A stretch of DNA of 64,000 nucleotides from Takakia lepidozioides (Eukaryota; Plantae; Bryophyta), in assembly GCA_030704615.1 (NCBI GenBank), contig CM060734.1, forward strand, positions 37,076,001 through 37,140,000, read 5' to 3'. Position 1 is the stretch's first letter, and every line of letters begins with the position of its first letter. Position numbers and translations under genes: made by a program. Positions 39,856-52,756 of the stretch are shown here, one piece after another. The notes under the pieces are model-generated. The model was given only the letters and a program-made list of their open reading frames with translations, ran no database searches and was not told where the DNA came from.

Positions 39856-41696
39856 TGATGTTAATCTTCATTGCTTGGAACCAGAAGCCTGCAGGGCCCA
39901 TGTGAAGATTTAAGGTCCAGGTCTGCTGAGTGCCTCGCCAGACTAGCAGTTGCCGGATTACACAATGCTCCAACCATTGTTTGATGGCCAGGCTATGAGA
40001 TCCCCGGATTGAGGTCACTGTGGGTGATGACTGATGACATGGTTGCAGCTTTCCTCATCCGGGGGACTCCCACAAATGAGCAGTGTGCTGTCGCCCTCAC
40101 GCAATTCTTACTTTGAATCCGTAACCCGTTAAACCGCGTGCCCAGACACTTATCTGTTCAAACTTCAAACCCTGGGTGGCAGGCAGGTGGCTCCTTGTAA
40201 TCTGAGCCAAGTCGGACATATCCAAGCACGACATCAATGCGTGGACCTGGCTGGCGCACTATATCCGTCATCTTTGACAAGAGGGTCAATCAATGATTCC
40301 ACTGAATCTGTTCCTCCTATAATTGCCAAAAAAGGTATCGGAACTGCGGAATTGCAGATTTCTCGGGTTTGCAACTTTGCAGCCTGCACGCCATGATTGC
40401 ATGCAAACATCCGCTTTGTTCAGACAATTCCTTTTCAGACTCAAACATTCATGCCACGCTCTGAAACAAAAAAGATGACTGCCGAGTCGGTGTCTTTCCT
40501 ACCTACTTTGTCCCTTGCGACACTTCGTCAAGTGCAACTTTACGTCGACCAAGAAACGTCCACGACTGAACAACCAAAACTTTTGGTTCCAGTGCGACCT
40601 TCACGCCATCGCTCGATCTCCAGTGGGTATATGACAAATCGGTGGCTCGCAGACATGGGGTTGGTGAATTGTGGTGGAGCCCTCCGCCATCCACGCACCC
40701 ACCCACTCATGTTTACTAATGTCTCCTCATCTCTACATTACACTGCTGCTGCTCTTTAGCTCACTCCGGTGTCGGTCTGTACAGTAACAGCAACTTAGAC
40801 ATTAAACATAATCTCTTCTCTTCTGTTTCAACTTTCAAATTATTTAGAACTACACAAGGGAAACCTGGAGGCTGGGAGCCAGTGAGTCCTGACTCCTCAG
40901 TGATGAGGGGGAAAAGAATAGCACGTTTTGTTTGTGAGGCCCATGACGAACCCAGCTGAGGGAATGATGATGCACACAGCCACCGCCCCTGTCTCAGTGT
41001 TAACATTTTGTTTTGAAACAAGCATCTGTATTCTATGAAGAAACCCATCATAGATGGTCCCATGCCAGTGGTCCTGGCATCTCAGTGGGGTTTATTTTTT
41101 CCCCTTTTACTAAATTTTTTTGAGGGCTACTATCCCCTCTTAACCCCTAAACTTTTTGCCATGATCCAGTTTTCATGGATGAGAGTGGAAACTAGTGGGA
41201 CTCAAGTTCCACTTTCAGGATGGAAGTGAAGCTTAAGTGAACCCTGAAGATAAATTGTACATATTAGAGAGGAGCAGATGTGAGAGATTACAGCGCCCTG
41301 AAATAATAAAAGCTCTTCTCCCTAGAGTTTTGCAAAGTGCCAGGGGTCAGGAAGTTCAGTACTGAGCACCATTGACCTGCCCACGTGGCAAGTCAAATGG
41401 GCAATCTTGTAAATAACATCTAGGGCTGAGAATTCATCATAATGCCGAAATTTTTTGGACAAGGCCAATTTTTGGACAATCATGGGTAGAGTACCCAGTA
41501 CCCATTGTTTATGTATGTACGATGTACAACGCCAATTCACAGACAAGAATCTACATGCTGGTTTTGTTTGGGGTTTTGAATTGTTAGAAGATGGTGTTGT
41601 CCTTTGTTGTCAAGATCCAGGGAACCCCTCATTTCACTTCCTCTTGTTGGGGGCGTAAGATATTTGAGATGAGGACCCAGCTGATCACCTTCTGAC

Positions 41697-42107
41697 CAGT
41701 GTTGTGCGGGTCAGGATTTTGATCCGGGGTACTCGGCGGGTTAGGGTCGGGGTGCCATCACCAGAAACCCGGACCATGACCCGGTTTTGTTGCTAAAATG
41801 AACCCCCAACCGGAACTGGACCGGGACCCACCCTCTAGGTCCAGAACAAGTTCCCAGGCCAATACAACGGGTCCGGGTTTTAATTTTGATAGATATATGT
41901 ATACATATAAGCATTAAATTCTTAGAAAATTAATTTAGTTTTTTTTCTAGCCAAAAATAATTTCATCTCTAATTAACCTTATTTTTCTAATTATTTAAAC
42001 AATTAATTAGGACCAGGATCCGAACCAATGGACCCGCTAATATTTTCCAGCAACTACCCGGACCTAGACCCGAGTCCGTGTTCAAAAACCCGAACCCCAA
42101 GCCCCTG
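41697..42107. mobile_element. Probable hAT-like MITE
   Basis: Starts CAGTGTTG and ends ...CCCCTG, with many ACCCG/CCGG subterminal motifs around an AT-rich core. No clean TSD found. Confidence 0.5.
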
Positions 42108-44389
42108 ATTTTCCAAATTTCTCATAGAATAGGAGTGGGGTGGGCTTCGAATGGCTCTGCAGATTGCGCTGTAGCTTTTCTAAAGTCCCCCTCGACCTCC
42201 CTGAGTCTCTACGACTCTCCTCCCACCGTACTCCCCTCCCGGCTTGATGTGGAACTTATTGATGAACTTCATCACTATCAGTGTTAACAACTAATGTTCT
42301 CCTTCTCCCATAAATCTCCCTCCAACTCACTCTCATCCCACATACTAGCACGAAGCTAAGAAGATTTTTTGGAAATCCTCATCACTACTGCTGATAGTAA
42401 TTAGCCGCCTTTTCCTCTGGCTGGAGGTTGGGTAGCACGTGAGCAAAAGAGCATATACCGGAAATTCCTAGAATATTCTTGAAAAGATATGATAGCGAAA
42501 CTAAAATGTGCAATTTGTGCTCACGTCAAGCCACGCGAAGTTGGGGCATAAGGAATATCCAGTAGGTGTCGTCTCCATCAAGGATTTTCGTTGCTTAATA
42601 GTTGTGTATTTAGTCAAGTGCAGATGACACTCGATGCGATCAGTAATACGCGAATATAGAATTATTTCATTTTGTTTCGCCCACGAAAGCATGGGTACCA
42701 ACCAACATACCGCAATAAGCACATAATTGTTAGCGAAATAAAACAATTTCACGTCGTCTCTTATGTACAAAACCAAACACAACACATTTTGTTTTGCCTA
42801 TGAAACCATTGGATAATGACCCCAGCAGTGATACTTGGAAATTTCGCTGGCGAAATCCATTATTTCAATGGCAAAACCTGTTGTTTGCCTCATTATATTA
42901 TATTGTTCAATTATTGTTTGGTATTTGTGTGTTTTGGATGGTGTTGGTTATTGTGACTTTGTTTTTTTCTAATGTGTTATTCTTTTGTAGGATACCAAAG
43001 TGTAGATATGTGGAACTTGGAGCTTGAAGATATACATTACAGGTGCCTATTTTCATTAGGGTTTAGGGTTTAGAGACATAATTGGCACAGAAATAGGCAC
43101 ACAACTAGTAACATTTTCGCTATTTTGGAACCCTATTCGTGTGAATTCTATTTCCGTGGAAACATGTGTATCCTATTGCCATGTTTTTGTGCTCACGCCT
43201 ACGTTTTCATATGCTCACCGGTGTGCTCACGTTCTACCAAACCCCCCCCCCCCCCCCCCCCCCCCACCCCAAACGGCACATCTACACAAGAAGACAGCTG
43301 GAAGATAGGGTTGGATGCTCCTCCTAGAATCTTCCAGAGCTTTTTTCGTAACATCTAAAGTGGGCCATCACTCTTGATTGACACCCTATTACACGCTGGT
43401 AAGCTAATCAATGTTGTGGTGCCTGATTCTGCCATATGTATATATATATGACGCCAACCGAAGCTAGCGTAAATAAGAGCATCTTCCCTTGCGGGTACTG
43501 CCCCTTTCAGGGGTGGGCTCTATTGGCACTGTAACCTTTCACACCGTGGCTAGCTAACCACTTTCAATCTTACGTTTATTGAGGATTAGGGATGTGAGCA
43601 ATGTATAGCTGTAAAGTGCAAGGCTCATAATAGAGGTGTAGTGTATTTGGTTTTAGGTTGCCAACTATTGCTCAACTCTCTGTAAACACTTAAGAGTGAC
43701 AGGACATTGCTCCCATCGAAGCTCGATGAAGAAGGATTGATCACTCTTCCTGACCTTCTTCCTGATCCCTCTCGACAAGTTTGTCCTCCGAAAGATCATG
43801 ACGTGCCCACTCCCATGTTTCTATTGTTACTAAGTATTGATCTTATATTGATGAGAAATTTAGCTATTTGGCGTTACGATCCCGTCTCCGTTTTCTCATG
43901 TAAGTTGACACCCACTAGCTACCTTTCTCTCTCCTTTGGAAGCTTGTCCTAGGAAGCTCATTGTCGGCTGCGGATGCTCGAGCTCCAGCACCTCGACATG
44001 ACCCAGTATTGTACCCTTCCTTGCTCGTTCGTCCCTCGCTTATGCTTATATGTCTGCGGTGATCCCCAATAGGCTTTGTTATATGTTATAGTGTCTCTCC
44101 TGTGCTTACATCTTTCCTGTGTCTACTTTGCTGCTTATAACAATGGCTTCTCGGGGAGATAACATCAAGAAAGCCTAAAAGTGGAGGATTGAACCTCGAG
44201 ATCAGCAGAGGCAAAGGACGTGGATGGAACAAAAAGATCTCTGCCGCGACGAGGGTTCGGGCCGAAGGTTCCATTCTGGGCAAGGACCAAGCTCTGGCCC
44301 CTCTCCCCCTTTCCCTGTGAAGCAATCTGGGAAAGACAAAAAGTATTTTGTCACACCCCCCCCCCCCCCCAAGAACCAGTATGGTGTGA

Positions 44390-47300
44390 GTGATACCCAT
44401 CGTTCTCGTGGGGAGGGACAAAATACTTTTTTATCAAGGCCAAACAAAGAAGATTAGCCAACATGATCCCTTCTCTGGTCATAAATGGTGTCTCTTTCTC
44501 TGACCCCAAATCCATCTAAAAAATAGCTGCAAAATTTTAGCTTTTTGGAAAACGCAAGCAGTCCGCCCAAATTGATAAGGCTATGAGGCTGATCCTCATC
44601 CATTGCATTCTAAAATCCCTGTCTGGCATCGATCCTTTTTTTTATGGAAGAGTTAGCAAAGGCAATGGAGGCCCTCGCTCCTTCCAAGACTCTAGGTGGC
44701 AGGCTTGGATGGTACTACAATAGAGTTCTTTAAAACCCTCTGGCTCACAATTGCAGAAGATTTCCTTCTCATGGTTAATGATATCCTCTCTAAGAAATCA
44801 TTCCTTCTCAGTTATCTGAAGGCCTCGAGATCACTCTTATCTTCAAGAAAGGAAATAGAGATAATATAGCTAACTACCGCCCAATCACCTTGCTGAATTC
44901 TACATATGAACGACATGCACATCATTCTCTTAGCCTACGAGTCTCTCCATAAAGCCTTCCAGGATAATCAGCCGCTAACTTATCTAATGCTAGATTTCAA
45001 AAAAGCTTTCGACTCTCTTGTTACATGCCTTGGAGATTACTGGAATACAGGGCTCCTTCTGCTCATGGGTCAAAATTAGAGGTCAATGGCACCATCTCTC
45101 AATCCTTCCCGCTTTTTTCGGTCTGTGCGGCAGGGATGCCCATTGGCTCCCTTCCTGTTTCTCATAGCAGCTGACAGCCTGAGTCACGTACTGGAACACA
45201 AACATGACATAGTGGGCATCCATCTTCCACCTCCTCACCTCCAACAGCAAGGTATGGTTAAAGTCTCTATGTATGTTGACGACAGAGTTCTGCTATTGGA
45301 CAATGCACAGAAATGCAATATTGACAAGACACTTCATGCTCTTTAGACTTTTTGTTATGCATATGGTGATCTTAAGGTGAATTGGCAGAAATCAGTGGGG
45401 ATACTTTCTTTATTATAGTACTAGAATTCCTACACAAGACATTGTCAACCATGGGGTGAGGAGCTGGGTCTTAAATGGCTATCCCACAGAGAGGCTCATA
45501 CTCTGCTAGGACATCAATTCGGGGGTAGATGCAGGGTAAGGTGGACCAAAATTAGCGTCACCGGCATAGTTTTCAGTGACTGTCGTGCATGATATCATGA
45601 CTGGCTTTGAATAGAATCAATAATGTTGAGAAACATTTTCCATTTGGATTCCTAACTTCAATATCTACCTATACCAACCGTCAAATTGTCAATCAAATAA
45701 AATGTCCCAGAGGTATGGACTTTTGAACACGACAACTGTGGGCTGTTACCACTGCAAATGAAAATACATGGACTCAAAATAAGCCATTGTGCCTTTGGTG
45801 TATTGCTTTGAACTTTTGAGGTAATGGGGTCAATTTAGAGAACACTCTAGATTTCAATTTAAAATGACAATATCAGCTGTCATTTACTATCTATGACTAA
45901 TATGCGTGTTATATATAGGTGGATTTGTTTTAATTTAGTACATCTTGTGTTTTGGGCTTTTGAGGTGTCATGTTTTACTGCAAATGATACAAAAATATTA
46001 TCTACAATGGCTTGGTTGTATACAAAAGTAGAATATATCAAATTTTGTTTCAAATTAAAGACCAAAATTTGTAGTAAAAATTATCTTTGATGTTTGGGGC
46101 AAGACCCTTTACTAAAAATGTTAAATATACGATTGTCTATCATTATTTGAAATTATTTGGGGAAATATCGCCAATTTGAATTTGGTCATGGACTTCCATG
46201 GAAGGCAGCTTTGCCGTTTTTGGTCCACCTTATCCTGCAACTACCCTCTGAGCTCAATATTTCTGATGAACAACGCTTCTAGAGGGTTTTGAAAAACTAA
46301 AGCAAAAATTGGCATTGTGGAGCTCGTCGATGCTATCTATAGCCGGAGAGCCCTGGTAGGTTTTATTGGCCTCAACGTGGTTTTTTTCGCTGCGGTTTGG
46401 CCCCTCAATCTACCTCCGTTAAAAAGATTATAGCCTTTATGAGAAATTTCTTATGGGGAGCAACCCCCGCCTCTCCCAACCGGCGGGCACTGGTTTTATG
46501 GGCTCAACTATTCTAGCCTAATAATAAAGGTGGGTTAGGCCTCATCAATCCAGGCTCGCAAATCTCAGCCTTACTTGTTAATGGATTGCAAGAGCCCTCA
46601 ATAACACGAGTAGTCCCTGGAGTAGATTGGTACAACCTCATTTGGTTGGTTCCATCCCAAGATCATACCTGCTTTGGGCTAACTCCCTTTAGATGGATTG
46701 TGCAAGGAAATGGAAAAGGTACAGACATGGGATCTGAGCCATGGAAGTCAATTTGGTTCATGGAATGCTCTTAGGGGCTCCATAACACAAAGAATGCAAT
46801 TAATTTTGTGGAGTGCATAAGACAACCTGACATCTTTTCAAACTACAACATGGACTCCAAAATTCTTCTTTAACTGAAACCCAAATGGCCGAATTGGGTG
46901 ACAGCGAGTTCACTCATCTGGGGAGTATATGGGAATACAGAGGCTTCCTGCCATTGCCAACAATAGCGGCCTTGATGGGAACTACGAGATCTTTGGCTTG
47001 GTAGACCATTTGCTCTCAAGGGCCTCCCTACATATATACTACCAATCCTTCAAACGGAGCCAAGCAGTGGGAGCTCCCAATATGGATGGCATGTACTCAA
47101 ACGACGTCTGTTTCTGTCATCCTAGTCGTGTCCTTGGACTTGGACTCAATTTCTGGAATTGGGTTCACTGTAGACAATGTTGGGCATCTTCAACCCAATG
47201 AAGATGTTAGATACTCACTTCTTCTTTATTACATATTTGAGTGATTGATAGAAAGGGAGTCTCAAACCCAGTGCCCCCACAAGGCCAGGAGCTAGAATGA

Positions 47301-47411
47301 CCCTGCATTCTCGAATCTACTGGTTTTTCCGCCACCCCTTGGCAAGGCTTCGATTTGATCAGGCGGGATGGTCTTGGATAGATGGAGCACGCTCGCCCAG
47401 TTCTTTGCTTA
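44390..47411 (+). mobile_element. Degraded L1-clade LINE ORF2, interrupted by a MITE and by the Gypsy element
   Basis: GLDG..IEFFKTLW, IFKKGNRDNIANYRPITLLN, LDFKKAFDS, SVRQGCPLAPFLF, MYVDD, VNWQKS, MRNFLWG, KGGLGLINP. Confidence 0.85.
45534..46235. mobile_element. Non-autonomous TIR element (702 bp) with 4-bp TSD TGCA
   Basis: TIRs GGGTAAGGTGGACCAAAA ... TTTTGGTCCACCTTATCC flanked by TGCA on both sides. AT-rich interior; interrupts the L1. Confidence 0.85.
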
Positions 47412-47599
47412 TGTCGTGCACATACATATCGCTACACAACTACATCATTGTCCAAAACCACACAACACATGTGTACGCCACACACTAGTATATCACTAGT
47501 CCACCACTAGTCCAACCACTAGTCCAACCACTAGGCTACAACTAGTCAGTCACTAGGCTGCCACTATGATGCCCACTATGGCAGTCACTAGTCCACACA
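47412..47599 (-). repeat. Partial LTR (first 188 bp) joined head-to-tail to the full LTR
   Basis: Matches 47930-48117 with about 9 substitutions counted by eye, mostly transitions. Confidence 0.9.
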
Positions 47600-47600
47600 A

Positions 47601-48117
47601 TGATAAAGAAGAAGAATACAAGCACAAGCTCATGAAAGCTCACAAAGCTGAAGCATAAACTCATGCATATATAACCTCATCACTCAAATACAAGTCAAGC
47701 CAAGTGCACCCCACGCCATAAGGAATCCACACTACGGCGCCATAGCTAGGCGCGGTGAGGCTCAACTTGAGAAAGATGAGCCTCCCGCGCTTGCCGTGAA
47801 GATAACCACTCCAGGGCCTAAATCTGCCTTGACCCCTGGATTGACACTTGGGCCAATCCCAAATGTCAATATGTAAAAGCTAGCTATTTTTTAGCTAGTT
47901 TCACACTAGTGGTAAAATAACTTGACAGCTGTCGTGCGCATACATATCGCTACACAACTACATCGCTGTCCAAAACCACACAACACATGTGCACGCCATA
48001 CACTAGTATATCACTAGTCCACCACTAGTCCAGCCACTAGTCCAACCACTAGGCTACAACTAGTCAGTCACTAGGCTACCACTATGCTGCCCACTATGGC
48101 AGTTACTAGTCCACACA
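47601..48117 (-). repeat. Complete LTR, 517 bp, TG...CA
   Basis: The minus strand starts TGTGTGGAC two bases after the polypurine tract (CTAGGGGGGCG, 48130-48120) and ends CTTTATCA. Its last 75 bp recur at 57216-57290. Confidence 0.85.
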
Positions 48118-48377
48118 ATCGCCCCCCTAGCTGGTGCTTAGGTCCCTCTAAGTCCAGGTAGCCACAAGATGTGATAGTGACCATAGCCTCACTAAGTCCT
48201 CCACCACTATCCCTACTACACTCAAACTCGATAGATCAAGAGGCCGGGTGCAAGAGTTGCCCCATCGTTAGTTGCCATCTTGCAACCTGTGAACTTGAGC
48301 TTGGGATCTCATGTATTGACTCCTATGAGCTTGGCCTCCCATGTCTTGTTAGCTGCCTCCAGTCATATCCACTGCCA

Positions 48378-49660
48378 CTATCCCAAGCAGTGTGGATACA
48401 ACCAATCTCCGTCAGGAACCTTCTCAAGAGGTGGTGTCAAGCATCCCATATGCCAACCCCTTGAGCATCGATCACACACCAGCATGGTGACTGCCCCTTT
48501 GGCAGACCCACAGAGCATGCACCTCAAACCTGCAGGTACCACTGCCAAGTTTGGGTCAACTCTGCCATCAACATTGGGAAGGTGACATGGCGCACAATTA
48601 CGCACATGGTCCTTCCAAGTCATGCCATCCCGACCCTCCAAGATCAGTACCCCTGAGGACAACACCTCTCGAACCCTCAGAATAACACGCCCTGCAGTAA
48701 CATCCAGAGTCGTAGGAGCAGTCTGCTGCAAATAAACATAGTTACCACGGCTAAACCTCCGAACCCAAGGACGATATCCTCCACGTATAGTGGCATACCT
48801 CAACGTATCACGGTGCTGTGCAATGGCAAGGTTCTCAAAAGCCATGGGCATGACTTTCTTGAACAACTCTGCACGCTGATCACATGCACGTACCCACACG
48901 TCCGGATCGTCAAGGTTAAGGACTTGAGCAGTGTCCCTACGAATGGCTGCAGGCAAATTCGGCTCTCGGCCAAAGAGAAGGAAATATGGTGAGAAGGAGG
49001 CAAGTGATGCTTGTTTGCTGAACCTGTAGCCCATGACTAACCAAGGAACCTGAAGATCCCAATCTCCTAGGTGTCCCTTCTGCAAGCCATACTTGCGCAA
49101 ACCCCTCTTCACCGTCTGAACAACTCTCTCTGCCAAGCCATCGGCCTCAGGATGATCCCGAGAAGTGGTGCGGTGGTCTATCAAGGCTTTATCACACAAA
49201 GCCTGAAACTCCCCCAAGAACTCTCTCCCTTGGTCAGTGAGTACCTCAGCTAGACCACCAAATCGGCTAAGCACACGATCCAAGAATGCATTGCAGCCCC
49301 CTCACTAGCTTTGTCAGGCAATGGAACCAACTCAATCCACTTGGAGAAGTTCTCCACCATCACCAACACATATCTCTGGTGGCGCATAGTCAGTGGCAAC
49401 GGTCCTGCGAAGTCAAGACTCCACCTGTAGCCCAATCCCATGATTGGTAAAAGATGCAACTGTGGTGTAGGGGTGTTGAATGAAGCACGCACCCTGTCAC
49501 ACACCATGCACCTAGCCACGAGCTGTTGCACCTCTGTATGCATACCACGCCACCAATACTGCCCCTGCAGTAAACTGTGAGTGCGTCGCACTCCAAAATG
49601 CCCCAACTCCTCATGGGCATGCCGCACTAACCGTGCACGCTGTGTGGGGTGAGGCACAAT
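48378..49660 (-). CDS. Gypsy integrase (HHCC + DDE core) with C-terminal PHD finger; one frameshift near 49290
   Basis: HAHEELGHFG...YWW...CMVC; WSLDFAGPLP; LTDQGREF; HPEADGLAER; C-terminus CMLCGSAKGAVTMLVCDRCSRGWHMGCLTPPLEKVPDGDWLYPHC. Confidence 0.92.
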
Positions 49661-49979
49661 CCTCACTCGACCATCCTCCCACACTTGAAGTAGGTGTATC
49701 CCCTCCCACTTGAACCTCTTGGCTCGTTGCAGGATCCGATCCATCTCCCTGGCAGTCACAGTGGCTGCCGTGTCTCCCATGCGGAGGTAGTCCAACACAG
49801 CCGAATCCTCATGTATATCTCTGGCACCACCTGGCTCATCACTAGCCTCAGGGTCCTCAGACACTCCGTCTACAGTCATCCCTGTTGTAGGTCCAACTTG
49901 ACCTCCCGATGCCAAGATACACAAAAATGCAGATGCGTGCCATCCCGACACCATCTCCTCATCCGTCTCACCATGCCAC

Positions 49980-51348
49980 CGAGCTCCAGTGTCATCCTGT
50001 TGGCTCGTGCATGGATTGCGACTCAATCCATCCGCATCCCAATTGACCAAACCCGGCCGATGCACAACCTGAAAGTCATACTCCTGGAGTATGAGTACCC
50101 ACCGTGCAAGCTTCCCCGTAAGCTTGTCTGACTCCATCAACCACTTGAGTGGCTGGTGATCCGTGACAAAGATGAAAAGATTGCCGTATAGATAGCACCT
50201 GAAGTGTGCCACGGCCCACACTGCAGCTAAGCACTCTCCCTCATATGAGCTGTACTTAGCCTCTGCAGCGTTGTTCGAGCGGCTAGCATAAGCCATCACG
50301 AACTCTCTTCCCTCATCATCCACTTGTGTGAGCACCGCTCCAAGCCCCAACATGCTCCAATCCGTATGCAGCTGAAAGGGACGCCCCCTGATAGGTCGTC
50401 TCAGGATAGGCGCGAGGTCAACCTCGCCTTGAGCTCTTGAAAAGCTCGTTCCTACTCATCTTCCCACTGCCACTCCTGGTCCACCTTGGTCAGCTTGGTT
50501 GGAGCCTTTGCAATGGTACTAAATCCCTTGACAAACCGTCTATAATAGTTTGCCAACCCCATGAAAGCTCGAACTCGGCTCACATCCGTGGGGCGTGGAA
50601 TTTGTGCAATGGCCTCTACCTTAGTCTGCTGTACCCCCAATCCTCCAGGATATATCATGTGACCCAGATACTCAATCTGGTTGTGAAAAAACTTGCACTT
50701 CCCCGGATGCAATTTCAATCCGTGTGCTCTCAAGCGCTCCAATACCACCTGAAGGTGTCTCTCATGCTCCTCCACCGTAACACTAAAGATGATGATGTCA
50801 TCTATGTAGCACCGAGCAAAGTCCACGCCTGCTAGAATCCTATCCATGACTCTCTGAAACTCTGCAGGAGCATTCTTAAGCCCAAATGGTAAGAACCGCC
50901 ACTGATATAGGCAATCCTTGCCGTGCTCATTGATCCCCCAGAATGTCGTCTTCTGCTTGTCCGCCTCCTTGATTGACAACTGGTGATATCCGGATTGTAA
51001 ATCCAAAGTGCTAAAGACCTTAGCATGCCCGATGGCATCAAAGATCTCCTCAGGTGTTGGCATGGCATACTTATCGGACTTGGTCTGACGATTTACAGGC
51101 CGGTAATCACCGCACATACGTCTCTCCGTCCAATTGCCATAGACATCCTTCTTGGCTGGCATCACTGTGGCTGAAGCATACTCTCCACCAGAGAGCTCCA
51201 CCAAACCTGCCTCCCAGAGATTTTGAGTCCTCATTTGAATCAAAGACCTCTCCATGTCACTGTATCTATAGGGTCTCCGAAAGATTGGAGTGTCAGTGGT
51301 TAACTCAATACGGATCTCTTGACCCTTCAGTGCTCCCAAGTCCTTCAA
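49980..51348 (-). CDS. Gypsy reverse transcriptase and RNase H (disrupted near 50420-50455)
   Basis: RMCGDYRPVN, FSTLDLQSGYHQ, LPFGLKNAPAEFQR, YIDD, GKCKF..YLGH, RAFMGLANYYRRFV. RNase H: TDWSMLGLGAVL, YASR, ECLAAVWA, TDHQPL. Confidence 0.95.
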
Positions 51349-51809
51349 ACTAAAGGCAAAGCAATTCCTGTAAGCCCTCAGGAACCGCCGTATATGTCGT
51401 CTCTCTCCTCCGGTGACAATGGGTCCAATGTCAGGCTCCCAATTGTCCTCCGTAACTGCAACCTTAAGTCCAATGGGGTTAGAGGTAGAGGACGCGTCCA
51501 GTGGTTGCTATGTTGCAACCTCTTGAGCAGTGTTCCCTACCTGCTCAGTCAGTGACAAGGCCTCATCCTGCCCCATCATCTCATCCTCAAGGACTTCCTC
51601 CACCCGAGAAAAATCCCCAACCTCATCTATCACCGCCACCTTGGCTGCCAACTCCCTCTGAACCTCAAGCACCTCCCATGTGTGCCATGGATGTCTACAC
51701 CCCGTGGTCCTCACATGCTCGCCCCCACTCACTGCCTGTACCGTCTCGGTAGGCAGAGAGACCATTGAGGGAAGTGTATTCCGCACTCTGCATTGCTCAG
51801 CCATAGCCA

Positions 51810-52756
51810 AGCTGATAATCCAGGTCAAGCAATTGAGATCCATTGCTTGCCCCAACACCTGACGACGTGATGCCTCAGAAAGAGATGACACCGCCGTGGT
51901 ACCAGTGGTAAAACCCATTGCCCGCTCACGCTCGTCAGCATTAGGCTCCACTAACTGCTGCAACTGAGCATCCCACATGAGGCCAAGTCCACTATCCCGG
52001 AAAGCATGCGATCCTGGGAAGTTGAGCAGTGTAGGTAAATGCTACTCGTGGTTGACCCACCTTGTTGACCACTGCCAAAGGCGAATGGTCATCGTGTCTC
52101 ACACGCTGAGACTGCCTCCCTGTGTCCAGAATGCTATCCACTGTGAGATGTGTTGGCCGCTGCACCCCATCAAATGCACGCTTGAGCAGTGCGGGTGGCA
52201 TCAAGTTAGTCCACCATAGCCGTGGACGATGAGCCCGTGACCCCACTGTAGCTGCATCTAGCAACACTGCTGACCCAAGCCACGACCAGACTTGATGCAC
52301 ACTGGCCATCACCCTGGCCCGAGAATCGCCCATCAGTGGCACATTCTCCAAGATGTATGCTGGAGATACAGCTTGATGAAGCTGCAAGTGGCGCAAAATC
52401 CGCACCATCTCCCAAAACAGACCCGACCTCGAGTCTCGCAATCCATTGCCATGCCCGGCTGCTGAATGCCCTTGGCAGGGCCAACCTGCTACTTCCAGAT
52501 CAATGGAGCCAACCCGCTCCAAATCTTGCGCCCCCAGCAGCGAAATGTCTGCTGGCAAGGCCTGTTGATATCCACGAACTGCAGACACCGGCAACAACTC
52601 AGGGTACCGCTGCACCAACTGAGCAATATGGCGAAGTGAAACGCGTCGTGCAGTCTCATCCCTCTCCACATACAGGTAATGCCAAACTCGTACACATGTC
52701 TGTAATACAACAGCCAATCCGGTGCTGATCCCGCCAAACAAGTCCAGAAGACAAAT
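51810..52756 (-). CDS. DNMT3-like DNA (cytosine-5)-methyltransferase domain within pol; one frameshift near 52038
   Basis: Motif I LLDLFGGI, II YVERD, IV AGWPCQG (catalytic PC), SGLFWE, VI ILENV, VIII AHRPRLWWTN, IX ERERAMGF, X RRQVLGQAM, in canonical (non-permuted) order. Confidence 0.92.

Noticed and set aside
39900-41000. Short ORFs on both strands
   Set aside because: No recognisable motifs or consistent splice structure.
43055-43072. Telomere-like TTAGGGTTTAGGGTTTAG
   Set aside because: Only about 2.5 units; a common interstitial telo-box, not a chromosome end.
43241-43265. Poly-C run giving a polyproline ORF (also poly-G near 6837-6850)
   Set aside because: Simple homopolymers with no coding support.
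47412-48117. Independent TRIM with 188-bp LTRs
   Set aside because: The PPT lies outside the pair, next to the integrase, and the inner 75 bp recurs at the far end of the Gypsy element. A single 517-bp LTR explains this better.
51810-52756. Host DRM/DNMT3 gene or bacterial restriction-modification methylase contamination
   Set aside because: Intronless, continuous with the retroelement protease ORF, non-permuted motif order, and embedded in plant sequence.
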